Of a DNA stretch of 64,000 nt, positions 9,342 through 19,449 are shown in pieces. The stretch's first letter is position 1. Every line of letters begins with the position of its first letter. Source of the stretch: Sediminibacterium ginsengisoli (GTDB lineage: Bacteria > Bacteroidota > Bacteroidia > Chitinophagales > Chitinophagaceae); contig CAMBEQ010000007.1 of assembly GCA_945865545.1 (NCBI GenBank), positions 196-64,195 on the forward strand. The letters run 5' to 3'. The notes beneath the pieces are model-generated. The model ran no database searches. It saw only the letters and a program-made list of their open reading frames with translations, and had not been told where the DNA came from. A program made the translations under genes and the position numbers.

Positions 9342-10267
9342 GTAAATATTAATTGAAAATTAAAAAAACATTTTTTTATAAGTTGTATTAATTTATTTAA
9401 TTTATACATATATTTACCTTTTATATAAAATTTCCGGAGATTTACAAAAGCTTGTTTTAATTCATTTTTTTCAATTCTATAAACTTTTATATCTATTTTT
9501 GAAACTTGAGTATTAAAAATACTAATGTTCCCACTATGGACACCTGAACCATCAAATCCGATGTTATTTACTAAACTTTTAGATGGATATAAACATAGCA
9601 TTTTATTTAAAAATATTGAAGCGTACCATCTAATTGCCCAAGAATCATTTTTTTGTCTAATTTGATCTTCAAGCATATTGAAATAATTTACTGTGCCATC
9701 TAAATCAAAACTATGTTTTAAATTATTTTTTAAAATTTTATTTTTTAAAATTTCACCATCAATTTCAAATTTATCCCATGCTCTTCTCCAAGTTCCCCAT
9801 CCCCATGATGAAGAACATCGTAAAAAAAATGTCTCTGAATTTATTTTTCTTGTGGGATACCAATATCCACAAATTGAGGCAACATTTTGATCATATTCAT
9901 AAAGCGTTAATGCATCGTTCATGAACTTTAGAAAATAATTAGATGTAATAATATCATCTTCTAGTATTATTAGTTTATTTGAAAAAGATGTAACATAATT
10001 TATACCTTTGATAACTGAATTTGCTAAACCTTGATTTTCTGAAACTTCAATTACTTTAACTTGGTTAAATCTACTTTCATTTTTTGCAATTTCCCTAGTC
10101 AATATAATTTGCTTCTCCTCTTCATAAGAAATATTTTTTGGATAACCATCACAATAAATATATAAATTAGAATTTTTAGATTCATTATTTAGTGAAAGTG
10201 CATTTAATGTAGCTAGAAGTTTATTGGGTCTATTAAATGCAAAAATTAATATAGGTACAAAATTCAT
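9338..10267 (-). CDS. GT-A fold glycosyltransferase
   Basis: PILIFAFNRP, LEDD, SSWGWGTW, DSWAIRW, NIGFDGSGVH. Confidence 0.8.
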   Translation of the reverse strand: MNFVPILIFAFNRPNKLLATLNALSLNNESKNSNLYIYCDGYPKNISYEEEKQIILTREIAKNESRFNQVKVIEVSENQGLANSVIKGINYVTSFSNKLIILEDDIITSNYFLKFMNDALTLYEYDQNVASICGYWYPTRKINSETFFLRCSSSWGWGTWRRAWDKFEIDGEILKNKILKNNLKHSFDLDGTVNYFNMLEDQIRQKNDSWAIRWYASIFLNKMLCLYPSKSLVNNIGFDGSGVHSGNISIFNTQVSKIDIKVYRIEKNELKQAFVNLRKFYIKGKYMYKLNKLIQLIKKCFFNFQLIFT

Positions 10268-10323
10268 TATTTATATTTAATGATATCTAAATCAATTTTA
10301 AGAAATGAATTTACTGAATTCAA

Positions 10324-11898
10324 TTATAATTTTTCTTTAAAATAATTTAAAAATTTATCATTAAAGATTTCCTCTTTAAGACTCAACACTTTTTCTAAAT
10401 AATTATCGCTGTTAACATCGTATTTATAGGAAAAAGTTGATAGTATTTGATAAAGTTGGTAATTATCACTTGACATCTCGTTAATATATGCTTGGTAATA
10501 GAAGGACAGGATATTTGTTTTATTAAAATCTATTTGCGTACTTAAATCTCCTCTTAGAATTAAAAAAAAATCTTTTAGGTTATAACATGTATGAACAAAA
10601 TTGAAATTTGTATAAATATTGTCGTATAATGCTACAGTGGGTATTCCATGATATGCCATCTCTATTCCTATAGTTCCTCTTGCAGTACAAATTAAATCAG
10701 GTTTAATATTTATTATATTTAAATTTGATATGTTAGTATCTAATATATAAAAATGAGGGGAATTATAACTATTAATTAAATTAATAGCAATGTCATTACT
10801 TCCTTCAACTGCATTTGGATGTAGTTTTATAAATATACTTGTACTTTTTAGATCAATTAAGGCCGCTAAAGTTTGTTTCAGAAATTGATACATATCGGGA
10901 AATTGAAGTGACCTAAACATATGTGGCGAATCATAAAAATCATGCATAAAAATAACTACGTTTCTAGTTCGAATTTTGAATTGTTCTATTAAATTCGGAT
11001 TACAAAAATTATTATTATATGCAGATGCCCTCATATAAATTGTAGCGGTATCAATTTCTCCTAAAAACCTTGACTCTAGATTTTTTTTTGCTAATTCTAA
11101 TTGTTCATTATTTAAATTAAAATTTGAGTTAAATCTAGTATGATTTATATTATGAAAGGGATAATTAATTTGTATTTTTTGAAATATTGGATCTACTGTA
11201 TAAACATCGATATTTTTCTGTAAACAAGTACGAAGTGTAATTCCATGATGTATATATGAAGTATAAGTATTAACAAGTATTTTTAAATTTATTTTAGTAA
11301 TTAAGAATTTAAAACTATAATATAGATTCAAAGCTTTTTCAATTACTTTAATAACATTTTTATCAATATTTAAAATTGTTGGTTGATGATAGAATCTTAG
11401 ATAGGTGTCATAAATTAAATCACCAACTAAAATATTTTCAAAATTTAACACTAATAAATTTTCAGGATTGTTATTAAGATTTTTAATTATATTATATAGT
11501 TCATTTTTAATGAATTTTTGATTGTAAAATTTTTTATTGTTGCTAAAAAGCACTGATTCACCAAAAGATAAATATAAATTTTTATTTTTTCTATACAATA
11601 TTCTAGTAATAATTTCATGCTTTTTTGACCAAAAGATATTTACATCATGTAAACTAATAAGTAAATTATGTTTATTCGCTAAAACTTTACTAGCAGCTGC
11701 AAGTTTAATTGTATTTTCATTATCTTTAACAAGTTGTACAAGTAAAATTCCATTTTCTTTCCCTTTAACAGTATCAGATTTAAAAAAAATAAAAAGATTT
11801 CGAAATAATATATTATTTTTTGAATACCATTCTTGCAAAATCATATTCAAAAAATTATGTATAGATTTTAATTTTTTATTTATAGAATAAAAATTCAT
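10324..11898 (-). CDS. KpsS/KpsC-like (Capsule_synth) protein, candidate ulosonic-acid transferase
   Basis: C-terminal VIFMHDFYDSP, IKLHPN, RGTIGIEMAYHGIP pattern. Confidence 0.6.
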   Translation of the reverse strand: MNFYSINKKLKSIHNFLNMILQEWYSKNNILFRNLFIFFKSDTVKGKENGILLVQLVKDNENTIKLAAASKVLANKHNLLISLHDVNIFWSKKHEIITRILYRKNKNLYLSFGESVLFSNNKKFYNQKFIKNELYNIIKNLNNNPENLLVLNFENILVGDLIYDTYLRFYHQPTILNIDKNVIKVIEKALNLYYSFKFLITKINLKILVNTYTSYIHHGITLRTCLQKNIDVYTVDPIFQKIQINYPFHNINHTRFNSNFNLNNEQLELAKKNLESRFLGEIDTATIYMRASAYNNNFCNPNLIEQFKIRTRNVVIFMHDFYDSPHMFRSLQFPDMYQFLKQTLAALIDLKSTSIFIKLHPNAVEGSNDIAINLINSYNSPHFYILDTNISNLNIINIKPDLICTARGTIGIEMAYHGIPTVALYDNIYTNFNFVHTCYNLKDFFLILRGDLSTQIDFNKTNILSFYYQAYINEMSSDNYQLYQILSTFSYKYDVNSDNYLEKVLSLKEEIFNDKFLNYFKEKL

Positions 11899-11927
11899 TT
11901 TTTATATTTTAATGTAGGAAAAATCTC

Positions 11928-13211
11928 TTACCAATGAAATGCCTTTTCAAATAAATCAATCGAATTCTCAATAGATAATTCTGCTCTTAATTTAAATATA
12001 TTTTTTCTAAATAAAAATGCTTTATCTCTAAATTGAGAATAATTTTCAATTATATCATACATTGTATTAGCTAAACTTTCGTTACTTTCACAACATATAC
12101 CAATTGGTAGATCAATCTTATTGAAATTATTAATGCAATCATTATTTAAATGTAAAACAGGTTTCATGTATGATAAACTTTCGAGAATTGAATTTGAACA
12201 ACTAAGTTTATAACGATTTTTATTGTGTAATATAAGAAATACATCGATATCCTTCGCCTGCTTTTCCATTTCAATCCTATCTAAACGCTTTCCTGGACTT
12301 GAACATGTAACATTCTGGAAACCATCAATTCCTCTATCATCCATTCCAATTATTCGTATTTCATAAGGTTTAGTTATTGTTTTTTCTGAGAGTTGCAAAA
12401 GCAAATCTTTCAAGGCACTTGAATTCCCATATCCAAAAGTTGCGAATTTCACATGATTATTAATTGGCATTGGGAGAGGTTCAACAAAAATAATTGGAAG
12501 TGTTAATAAATTAATATTTAAACTTTTAATATCAATATAATTTTTAGCATTTTTTATGATATGGGATGATAAAGCAATGTATTTATAATCATCGGTATTA
12601 TTCCATAAAATAATTTTTTTAGTTTGAAATAAATTACTAATTATTAAATGGTTCCATCTCATTAGAAAATTGTATTTATTCAAAACATTTTTTAAAATAA
12701 ATATTATTTTTTTAAAAAAATGTTTTGAATACAATTTTTTTAACCTATATAATAGAGGTTTTTTATCAACAATTGGCGGTATGAATTCATTTTTTTCATT
12801 TGAAATATTTTCAAAATCTCCATGAAGTACAAAACTAAATTTAAAATCCTTATATTTTTTATTTTGTTTTAAATTTTTAATAAGATATAATATAGGTGGA
12901 GTAAATGATAAAAAGAAAATTTTATTTATATTTTTTTTTTGGATAATTGAAAATAATTTTTTAAAAAATAGATAATATTTAAATATTCCAATAAAACTTT
13001 TTGAATCTAAAAAATTAATTGGGATATATTCAATATTTTTTATTAAAACTTTATCATGTTTTAAAATATATTTTATTGCAGTTATATGGGATAAATGTGC
13101 ATAAAATAATATTTTATCATTTGGAAAAGCTAAATGAAGTCCATAAATAAAGCCACTATTAACTTTTTCATGTGTAATTTCTTTACACTGAGGTTCAATT
13201 ATTACAATCAT
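11928..13211 (-). CDS. Putative GT-B glycosyltransferase
   Basis: C-terminal FATFGYG, DVFLIL, YKLSCSNSILESLSYMKPV resembles GT4-type acceptor/donor motifs; divergent. Confidence 0.5.
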   Translation of the reverse strand: MIVIIEPQCKEITHEKVNSGFIYGLHLAFPNDKILFYAHLSHITAIKYILKHDKVLIKNIEYIPINFLDSKSFIGIFKYYLFFKKLFSIIQKKNINKIFFLSFTPPILYLIKNLKQNKKYKDFKFSFVLHGDFENISNEKNEFIPPIVDKKPLLYRLKKLYSKHFFKKIIFILKNVLNKYNFLMRWNHLIISNLFQTKKIILWNNTDDYKYIALSSHIIKNAKNYIDIKSLNINLLTLPIIFVEPLPMPINNHVKFATFGYGNSSALKDLLLQLSEKTITKPYEIRIIGMDDRGIDGFQNVTCSSPGKRLDRIEMEKQAKDIDVFLILHNKNRYKLSCSNSILESLSYMKPVLHLNNDCINNFNKIDLPIGICCESNESLANTMYDIIENYSQFRDKAFLFRKNIFKLRAELSIENSIDLFEKAFHW

Positions 13212-13480
13212 ATTTCTTTTAACATTAAATCAGCAAAATTATGAAAATTAACTTTAGGATTCCAGGCAATACTTTTTATTAGTTTTGGATTACTGACTAA
13301 ATTTATGATTTCGTTAAAAACATATTTTGATTCTATCTTGCATCTTCATTTGGAGTAAAAAAAGTCAGCCCTCAAATTATTATCCACACCATATGCTTCA
13401 AAACCTGTTGAATCTAAATGTCGCATAACTTCAGACCTTATTAAACAACATGATCCTGTTTCAAGATTTTATTTTTTATC
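13208..13480 (-). pseudogene. Chimeric deletion scar: N-terminus of an RfbE/CDP-tyvelose-epimerase-like SDR joined to the C-terminus of a Gmd-like SDR
   Basis: One frame from 13465: LETGSCCLIRSEVMRHLDSTGFEAYGVDNNLRADFFYSK-stop(13346-13348)-RCKIESKYVFNEIINLVSNPKLIKSIAWNPKVNFHNFADLMLKEI-stop. The last stop (13208-13210) overlaps the ATG of the next gene. Confidence 0.7.
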
Positions 13481-13573
13481 TATGAGAATTTTTATAATTT
13501 GAAATATTTCTTAGTATCAGTTAAGCAAAATAAATGTTAAGAAATATTTATTAAATACATATGCATTCAAAAC

Positions 13574-14803
13574 TTATACGATCTCTATCTCTGGTAATGG
13601 GAAAATAAATTTACCTCCTTTTTCCATAAAAGTTTGTTCTTTTTCTAAAATTGAATGCTTAAAATGCCAAGGTAAAACTAGAAAATAATCGGGGTTCATT
13701 TCTTTTGCTTCTTTTTCTGAAATAATAGGTATATGTGTCCCAGGCGTAAAGCTGCCAAATTTTTCTGCATTCACTTCTGCAATAAAAGGGATTTGTTTTG
13801 GCGTAAAATTACAGAATTGTAATAAAACATTTCCTTTTGTTGAAGCACCGTATCCAAATACTTTTTTTCCATCAGCAACTAACGCTTCAATTAAATCTAC
13901 TAAATTTTTTCTATGTTTGAAAACACGTTCTTCAAAATCACGATATGGTTTTGGAGTGTCTAAACCCATATCTTCTTCTTGTTGAATCATCCAATTTATT
14001 ATAGGGTTATTTGACATATAACTAGCATTTGTTTTACAAGCAGTAACCGCAAAACTACCACCATTTATTGCATTCATTTGAACATCAATAACTTTCATAC
14101 CACAACTTTCCAATAAATTTTTAACAACTTTAAATGAGTAGAACTCTAAATGTTCATGACAGATAGTATCATATGAATTGGTGCGAAGCATTGAAGGCAT
14201 ATAACTTTGTTCAAAATGCCAGATACCATCTTCTGTTAAACATTGTTCTATGTCTTTTACAAAAGTGGCAGGATTTTCAAGATCATAGAACATTGCAATT
14301 GAGGTGATAATTTTAGCTTTTTCATTAGGAAAACTATTTTTAAAAGAAGTTGCAGAAAAAAATGTTGGGATCAACGATATATCATCTGTGTAAAATTCCT
14401 TAAATTTAAGACCTGTAGGGTCAATCCCAACTTTACGATGCTTCCCAGTATATGCTTTTAGGGATGTTGCATCATTACTGCCAATATCAATGACTAAATC
14501 ATTCACATTAAGTTTTAACAAGCGTTCCAAAGTATTTATCTTATTAGTCAAATGTTTAACCATAGATCCATTTAAGCCAGATCTATAACCATAATTATCG
14601 CCATACATTTCATCTAAACTATAGGATTGTTTCATCTGCAACAAACCGCTATCAGGGCACCAAACTAAATCCAATGGCCCTTTTGTAACTTCTTCATTTA
14701 CTGTTTTAGGGAATACACCAGTAAGATATTGTTCACCCAATGAAAGTACTGTTATTAAATTTTTACTACTGCTTATTCTGCATTTTGAAATTTCTGAATA
14801 CAT
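13574..14803 (-). CDS. NDP-sugar C-methyltransferase (TylC3/NovU-type, SAM-dependent)
   Basis: CRIS...SLGEQYLTGVFP, IDIGSNDAT, YDTICHEHLEFYS, GYGASTKGNVLLQ, LVLPWHF. Start moved to ATG 14803 because the track start 14842 overlaps the upstream gene. Confidence 0.88.
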   Translation of the reverse strand: MYSEISKCRISSSKNLITVLSLGEQYLTGVFPKTVNEEVTKGPLDLVWCPDSGLLQMKQSYSLDEMYGDNYGYRSGLNGSMVKHLTNKINTLERLLKLNVNDLVIDIGSNDATSLKAYTGKHRKVGIDPTGLKFKEFYTDDISLIPTFFSATSFKNSFPNEKAKIITSIAMFYDLENPATFVKDIEQCLTEDGIWHFEQSYMPSMLRTNSYDTICHEHLEFYSFKVVKNLLESCGMKVIDVQMNAINGGSFAVTACKTNASYMSNNPIINWMIQQEEDMGLDTPKPYRDFEERVFKHRKNLVDLIEALVADGKKVFGYGASTKGNVLLQFCNFTPKQIPFIAEVNAEKFGSFTPGTHIPIISEKEAKEMNPDYFLVLPWHFKHSILEKEQTFMEKGGKFIFPLPEIEIV

Positions 14804-14810
14804 ATTTATT

Positions 14811-15257
14811 TTATTTAATTTTTTTATTGTGTAAAAGTTCAATTAAGTTATTATCGATCTCATCTATACATTTAGTTCTTTCTAGATTGAGAATTGCTAG
14901 TTGCTTAACAACTATATCTTTTTGCAAAATTGGCACATTTTCAAAGTCATAAACTTTTTCTTGTTCGTGCCAAAGGCTGCAATTTACTTCTGCAAGTGTA
15001 CAGAAAATATTTCCGATACTCCCTCTAATTATTTTTATTTCATTTCCTTCTTGTTTAAAAACTTTATTAGACTTGAAAGTTAATTTCTTCAAAGGTATGA
15101 GGCCAGATAATGCATCTGAAATAAATTCTTCTATTTCATCAGTAAGTTGATTACATTGTTGTTCAAGACTCAAGAGTCTAATTTTGTCTTCTGTATGATA
15201 TTGCTTAAGTTTTACTATAGTTAGCTTATCGCAAAGTGTACCTAATGTTTCAGCCAT
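14811..15257 (-). CDS. Hypothetical helical protein (DUF4254-like, internally duplicated motif)
   Basis: ETLGTLCDKLTIVKLKQYH and SIGNIFCTLAEVNCSLWHEQE...LNLERTKCIDEID. Family assignment is from recall. Confidence 0.5.
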   Translation of the reverse strand: MAETLGTLCDKLTIVKLKQYHTEDKIRLLSLEQQCNQLTDEIEEFISDALSGLIPLKKLTFKSNKVFKQEGNEIKIIRGSIGNIFCTLAEVNCSLWHEQEKVYDFENVPILQKDIVVKQLAILNLERTKCIDEIDNNLIELLHNKKIK

Positions 15258-15309
15258 TAATATTAAAAATTTGAATGATTAAATTTCATACTATAATTTA
15301 TATAAATTA

Positions 15310-17097
15310 TTAATCCCAACATAATTTATCAATAATATTTTGGTCATTTGTCATTTTATCAACAAATATTGCATTTACATGATTGCTATAAATGTATAAA
15401 TATTTATTATTATCCATATACTTAATTATTTCTGAAGAGTCTATATTACTTTCAACCATAATAATTGTTGGTCGGTATATAGACCAATTATTACTTTTTA
15501 AAACAGCTAAATCATGACCCTCAGCATCTACAGACATAAAATCTATATTTCTATTCCCTAAATAATTATCAAAAACATCAGAAAGTCTCAAAACATCTAT
15601 TGTAGAAGTTATTAAATCCTTATTATAAGTTTTAGCCATTTTTATAGCTGTATCATAATCTAAGGTAGATAATGATGAATCATTACCTATTTTATAAAAA
15701 GTAAGTTTTCCTGTTTCAAAAGAGACGGCGATATTTAAATTAATATCAAATTGCCTGTTAGTGGCAATTTTTTCAAACTCATTTTTTCCGGGTTCTATAT
15801 TTATTCCTCTCCAACCACGCAAATAGAATCTTCGTGTATTACTATTAAAAAAGGGATCATTAGCACCTATATCAACATACATACCTTTTTGTTTCCCGCT
15901 AAATAATAAATCTATTAATAAGTCTTCCTGAAATTGACTATTTGACTGTAAAATCTGGTGAACAAAAGGCTTTAAAATTGAAGGTGCATGATCTAAATTA
16001 TCATTACGAGAAGCTTTTCTAAACTTATTTCTTAGCTTAAATAATATTGGTGGAATAAATTCTACAAGCACTTGCCGAGTAAGTAATTTGTTAACAAACC
16101 TAAATGGTCGATTTAAAAGTGGTAATTTAGTTTTAGATCCAATTTCAATTTCTATTGGCTTAACACTATTTTCTGTCAAAACATTTTCAAATTGCTGTAT
16201 AAAATTTAGTTGACTCCAATCATTCTGAATCTTTTTTACCAAAGTGATTGTTGTTTCAATAGATTCTTTTAAACTTAAATACGGATAGGGTTTTATATAA
16301 GTATGAATATGCCTGAAAGTTGGATTTGTTGAAATTGCAAGAGGTCGTCCGCTTGCAATAGCCTGATCGGTAGTAGCGGATAACCCGTTACCGATTCTTC
16401 TATTATATAAAAAAACATTTAGTGTATTTTGAGCACACCAATTAATTAGTTCATTTTTAGTAAAATAATGATTCGACAATTCAACTTTTATACCATTTTT
16501 AATATTGAAACCTGAAATCAAAGTATTAAAATCAGCGATCACTTTTGGTGTAACATTTACAGAATCCGGAACATTGATTTTTATGATGGCTGCATCGAAC
16601 TCTTCATTAACAGCTTTTACAACATCATCGAATCCTTTATCAGAAAAACTAAGCCCGAAAGTTCCTATAGTTGGTATTGCCGTAATCACATATGGCTCTA
16701 TTACAGTCGCTGCAACTTCCAAGGGTCTTGAAAATGCATACACATTCTTCATAAAATGCTTGCAAGTAGGATCTAAAACCAAATATGCATCAAAATCATC
16801 TGGTGAGACACAGTCAAATGGAGAATTCTGCGACATCTCTAAAACAATCGTTGCTTTAAATCCTGGAATTTTCTTTATCAACTTAGTATCCAACCAGCCC
16901 ATTTTATCAAAATGATAATTGAATAGGTAAAAATCATAATCAAGGCTGATCTCTCTATTTTCAGCATATATCTCAATATAGTCTAATGTATAATTTGTTG
17001 ACTGAGCTAAACAATCAAAACACATTTTTCCAGATTCGTATATGCTACAAATTTCTTTTTTTGTATTTAAAAATAGCCCATGTAGTCGTTTTCCCAT
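15310..17097 (-). CDS. Two-domain protein: GT-like N-terminal domain fused to an FkbM methyltransferase
   Basis: C-terminal YVDIGANDP, GWRGINIEPG, IDFMSVDAEGHDLAVL, PTIIMVE. N-terminal IGTFG..KGF, SATTDQAIASGRPLAIS resembles GT-B. Confidence 0.72.
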   Translation of the reverse strand: MGKRLHGLFLNTKKEICSIYESGKMCFDCLAQSTNYTLDYIEIYAENREISLDYDFYLFNYHFDKMGWLDTKLIKKIPGFKATIVLEMSQNSPFDCVSPDDFDAYLVLDPTCKHFMKNVYAFSRPLEVAATVIEPYVITAIPTIGTFGLSFSDKGFDDVVKAVNEEFDAAIIKINVPDSVNVTPKVIADFNTLISGFNIKNGIKVELSNHYFTKNELINWCAQNTLNVFLYNRRIGNGLSATTDQAIASGRPLAISTNPTFRHIHTYIKPYPYLSLKESIETTITLVKKIQNDWSQLNFIQQFENVLTENSVKPIEIEIGSKTKLPLLNRPFRFVNKLLTRQVLVEFIPPILFKLRNKFRKASRNDNLDHAPSILKPFVHQILQSNSQFQEDLLIDLLFSGKQKGMYVDIGANDPFFNSNTRRFYLRGWRGINIEPGKNEFEKIATNRQFDINLNIAVSFETGKLTFYKIGNDSSLSTLDYDTAIKMAKTYNKDLITSTIDVLRLSDVFDNYLGNRNIDFMSVDAEGHDLAVLKSNNWSIYRPTIIMVESNIDSSEIIKYMDNNKYLYIYSNHVNAIFVDKMTNDQNIIDKLCWD

Positions 17098-17149
17098 CTG
17101 TCTTAAATTTTAAAACACGTTAATAAATAAAATGAAATAAATTATCACA

Positions 17150-18925
17150 TTACATGTGAACCTTATTAAATAACCATCTAATCCATTTAAATATAATAGG
17201 TTTAATAGTATTTATGATTTTTTTCTTGAGTAGTAAAGAAGTGACAAAACTAGTGCTGAATGAGATCCCTTCTAATAGATTTAATTTTTGTCCATTACTT
17301 ATAATTGAATTGGCAAGAAACATACCGCTTCTTTTATCTGAACAGGAAATAAAGGTTAACTGTGAGAAATGTTCTTTTGCTTTATTTATTATAGACTTAT
17401 AAGAATCCGCTGAGCAACAATTAAAAATTAATGCCCCTCCGTTTGTTAAGTATGGCAAAAGGCACAGTAGATGTTTCTCAAACTCTTCTCCAATAGTTTC
17501 TTCTTTTATGAAGGCTAAATCAAAGGTAAAAATACCTATAAAAGTATCAGTGATACGATTGATAGCAGTTTGAATATCGCCATTGATTATACGTAAATAT
17601 CCACGATAGGGTGAGATTGTATAAATATATGAAATATCAAATGGATTGTTCTGTTTCGCAACCCCTTCCAATATATCTGCCTTGAATATTTCAACACTTG
17701 GGCACGTTGCAGCCACAACGCCAGTAGCAGGCGTAAGGCATGTAAAAAATTCTAAATATCTTCGGGGATAATTAAAATAACTATACCACGCAAGTAAACA
17801 TAATGCATTTAAATCTCCTTTATTTAATTCTTGTCCCTTCAAATAATATATCGATTTCTTTACATTTTGTAAAATATCAACATTTTTTATCTGTCTTTGA
17901 AAATCTTCTAGATTAAGGCTTTTCGTTATATAATAATCGTTATTTTCACTTACAGCCTCGCTATTTATTCCATTTTCTATATTAAAATTTTTCGGCACTG
18001 CTTGCTGTATATTCAAATCAATATCACCCAAACCCCAATTCTCATCATTGACATAAATTTTAGTATTATAAATTATTGGAGTTGGCTTGACATTTTTTTG
18101 TTTAAAAAGGCGACGCCCCCTAACAGGAGGATGCCCCATATGGTACAAAAATACACCTATACTTGATAAAGAGAGATGAGGATAATATTGAGTAACTCGG
18201 AAACCCAACTCTACATCGTTTGAAGAATATTCATAATTTGGTTCATCAAAGCCTCTAAATTTATTCCATAATGAGTAGTGCATTAAAAATCCACCAGCGT
18301 CTCCGAAAAAAGAAAATATTCCGGAATTTTCTAAAGATGTATTTTTACTGCATATTGAGAAATAACGATCCCATTCGACAAGATCAGGTTGTCTTTCCAT
18401 AAACTGCCATGGCACATCATACCTAGGAATTAAAAAATATGATCGTTCTAAATCGATAGATATAGGAAGTTCCCCATTGAGAAATCTAATTAATGTCTCA
18501 AAAGAATACTGTGAAATAAGTGTATCCCCAGGATATGTTAAAATGTACTTTCCACTAGCTCGCCTAGCCGCAACATTAGGTGGAATTGACAAATGCCAGT
18601 CATCTTTTCCGCTCTTCGTAACACCGCATATAATTTCAGATTCTACATATATAAAACGAGTGATTTTAGAAGCTTCCTGTGAAAGATCCAGCGTTTGACA
18701 AATCGGTATATCACTGCCCCAATCAGTGATGAGTATCTCTATATCATCCAACAAGTTTAAATTTTTGATACTACGTGCAAGATGATTAATTGTTGTATTA
18801 ATTCTATATTTGAAATCTACAAAATAATTATCATCCCTACCTGGTATACAAATAGATAATATTTTTGTTGGTGTAATTAAATTGTCTAATTTAAATTTTT
18901 TATCATTTTGTTTATTATCGCTCAT
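17150..18925 (-). CDS. Two-domain protein: GT-A (GT2/GT7-like) N-terminus plus degenerate Rossmann/methyltransferase-like C-terminus
   Basis: ILITDWGSD, NVAARRASGKYIL, GDAGGF..FRGFDE, DVELGFR, HMGH. The C-terminal domain call is weak. Confidence 0.5.
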   Translation of the reverse strand: MSDNKQNDKKFKLDNLITPTKILSICIPGRDDNYFVDFKYRINTTINHLARSIKNLNLLDDIEILITDWGSDIPICQTLDLSQEASKITRFIYVESEIICGVTKSGKDDWHLSIPPNVAARRASGKYILTYPGDTLISQYSFETLIRFLNGELPISIDLERSYFLIPRYDVPWQFMERQPDLVEWDRYFSICSKNTSLENSGIFSFFGDAGGFLMHYSLWNKFRGFDEPNYEYSSNDVELGFRVTQYYPHLSLSSIGVFLYHMGHPPVRGRRLFKQKNVKPTPIIYNTKIYVNDENWGLGDIDLNIQQAVPKNFNIENGINSEAVSENNDYYITKSLNLEDFQRQIKNVDILQNVKKSIYYLKGQELNKGDLNALCLLAWYSYFNYPRRYLEFFTCLTPATGVVAATCPSVEIFKADILEGVAKQNNPFDISYIYTISPYRGYLRIINGDIQTAINRITDTFIGIFTFDLAFIKEETIGEEFEKHLLCLLPYLTNGGALIFNCCSADSYKSIINKAKEHFSQLTFISCSDKRSGMFLANSIISNGQKLNLLEGISFSTSFVTSLLLKKKIINTIKPIIFKWIRWLFNKVHM

Positions 18926-19005
18926 CTAAATATACTATTGATTTGTAAAAATTATATTTTATGATTCTACTAGGTTGAAATGTAATTTCAGAATCTTAAA
19001 CAATT

Positions 19006-19449
19006 TTATTTGAAAAATAACGAAAGAGGATTATTCACAGATTTATGTAAATTAACATCGGGTTTATCTACCCATTTGTAATTATTATGAAGCTTGTCAA
19101 TTTTCAACAAACAGATATCTATTGTTGACATTAAACAACAAATATTTACAGTGTGGATGTCAGTTAACATATTTTCATTTTTTTTAAAAACTGTTTCTTC
19201 TATAGTTAGTATTTTTATAAAATCACAGACAAGATTCGTTTCTTCTTTTGCTTTTCTAATCGAAGCGTTTTCAATTGATTCCAATTTATTTACTCTTCCC
19301 CCAGGAAACCAATATTGACCTTTTACAGGCTCATTGTCTCTTTTTAATAATAAACACTTTTTTTCAGATATTATCAGTAAATCAACACACAAAATTGGAA
19401 TTTTTTGCAGGATCAGATTATACTCAATTTCAGGAATAAACATGATCAA
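19006..19449 (-). CDS. NUDIX hydrolase (GDP-mannose mannosyl hydrolase Gmm/WcaH-like)
   Basis: PILCVDLLI, LLLKRDNEPVKGQYWFPGGRVNKLESIE..KAKEETNL, HTVNI. Confidence 0.85.
   Translation of the reverse strand: MIMFIPEIEYNLILQKIPILCVDLLIISEKKCLLLKRDNEPVKGQYWFPGGRVNKLESIENASIRKAKEETNLVCDFIKILTIEETVFKKNENMLTDIHTVNICCLMSTIDICLLKIDKLHNNYKWVDKPDVNLHKSVNNPLSLFFK

Noticed and set aside
14740-14952. Same-strand alternative-frame ORFs (14740-14952, 33750-33959, 51694-51915, 58414-58632, 61981-62208)
   Set aside because: Nested out of frame in well-supported genes; no motif and no frameshift evidence in the host genes.
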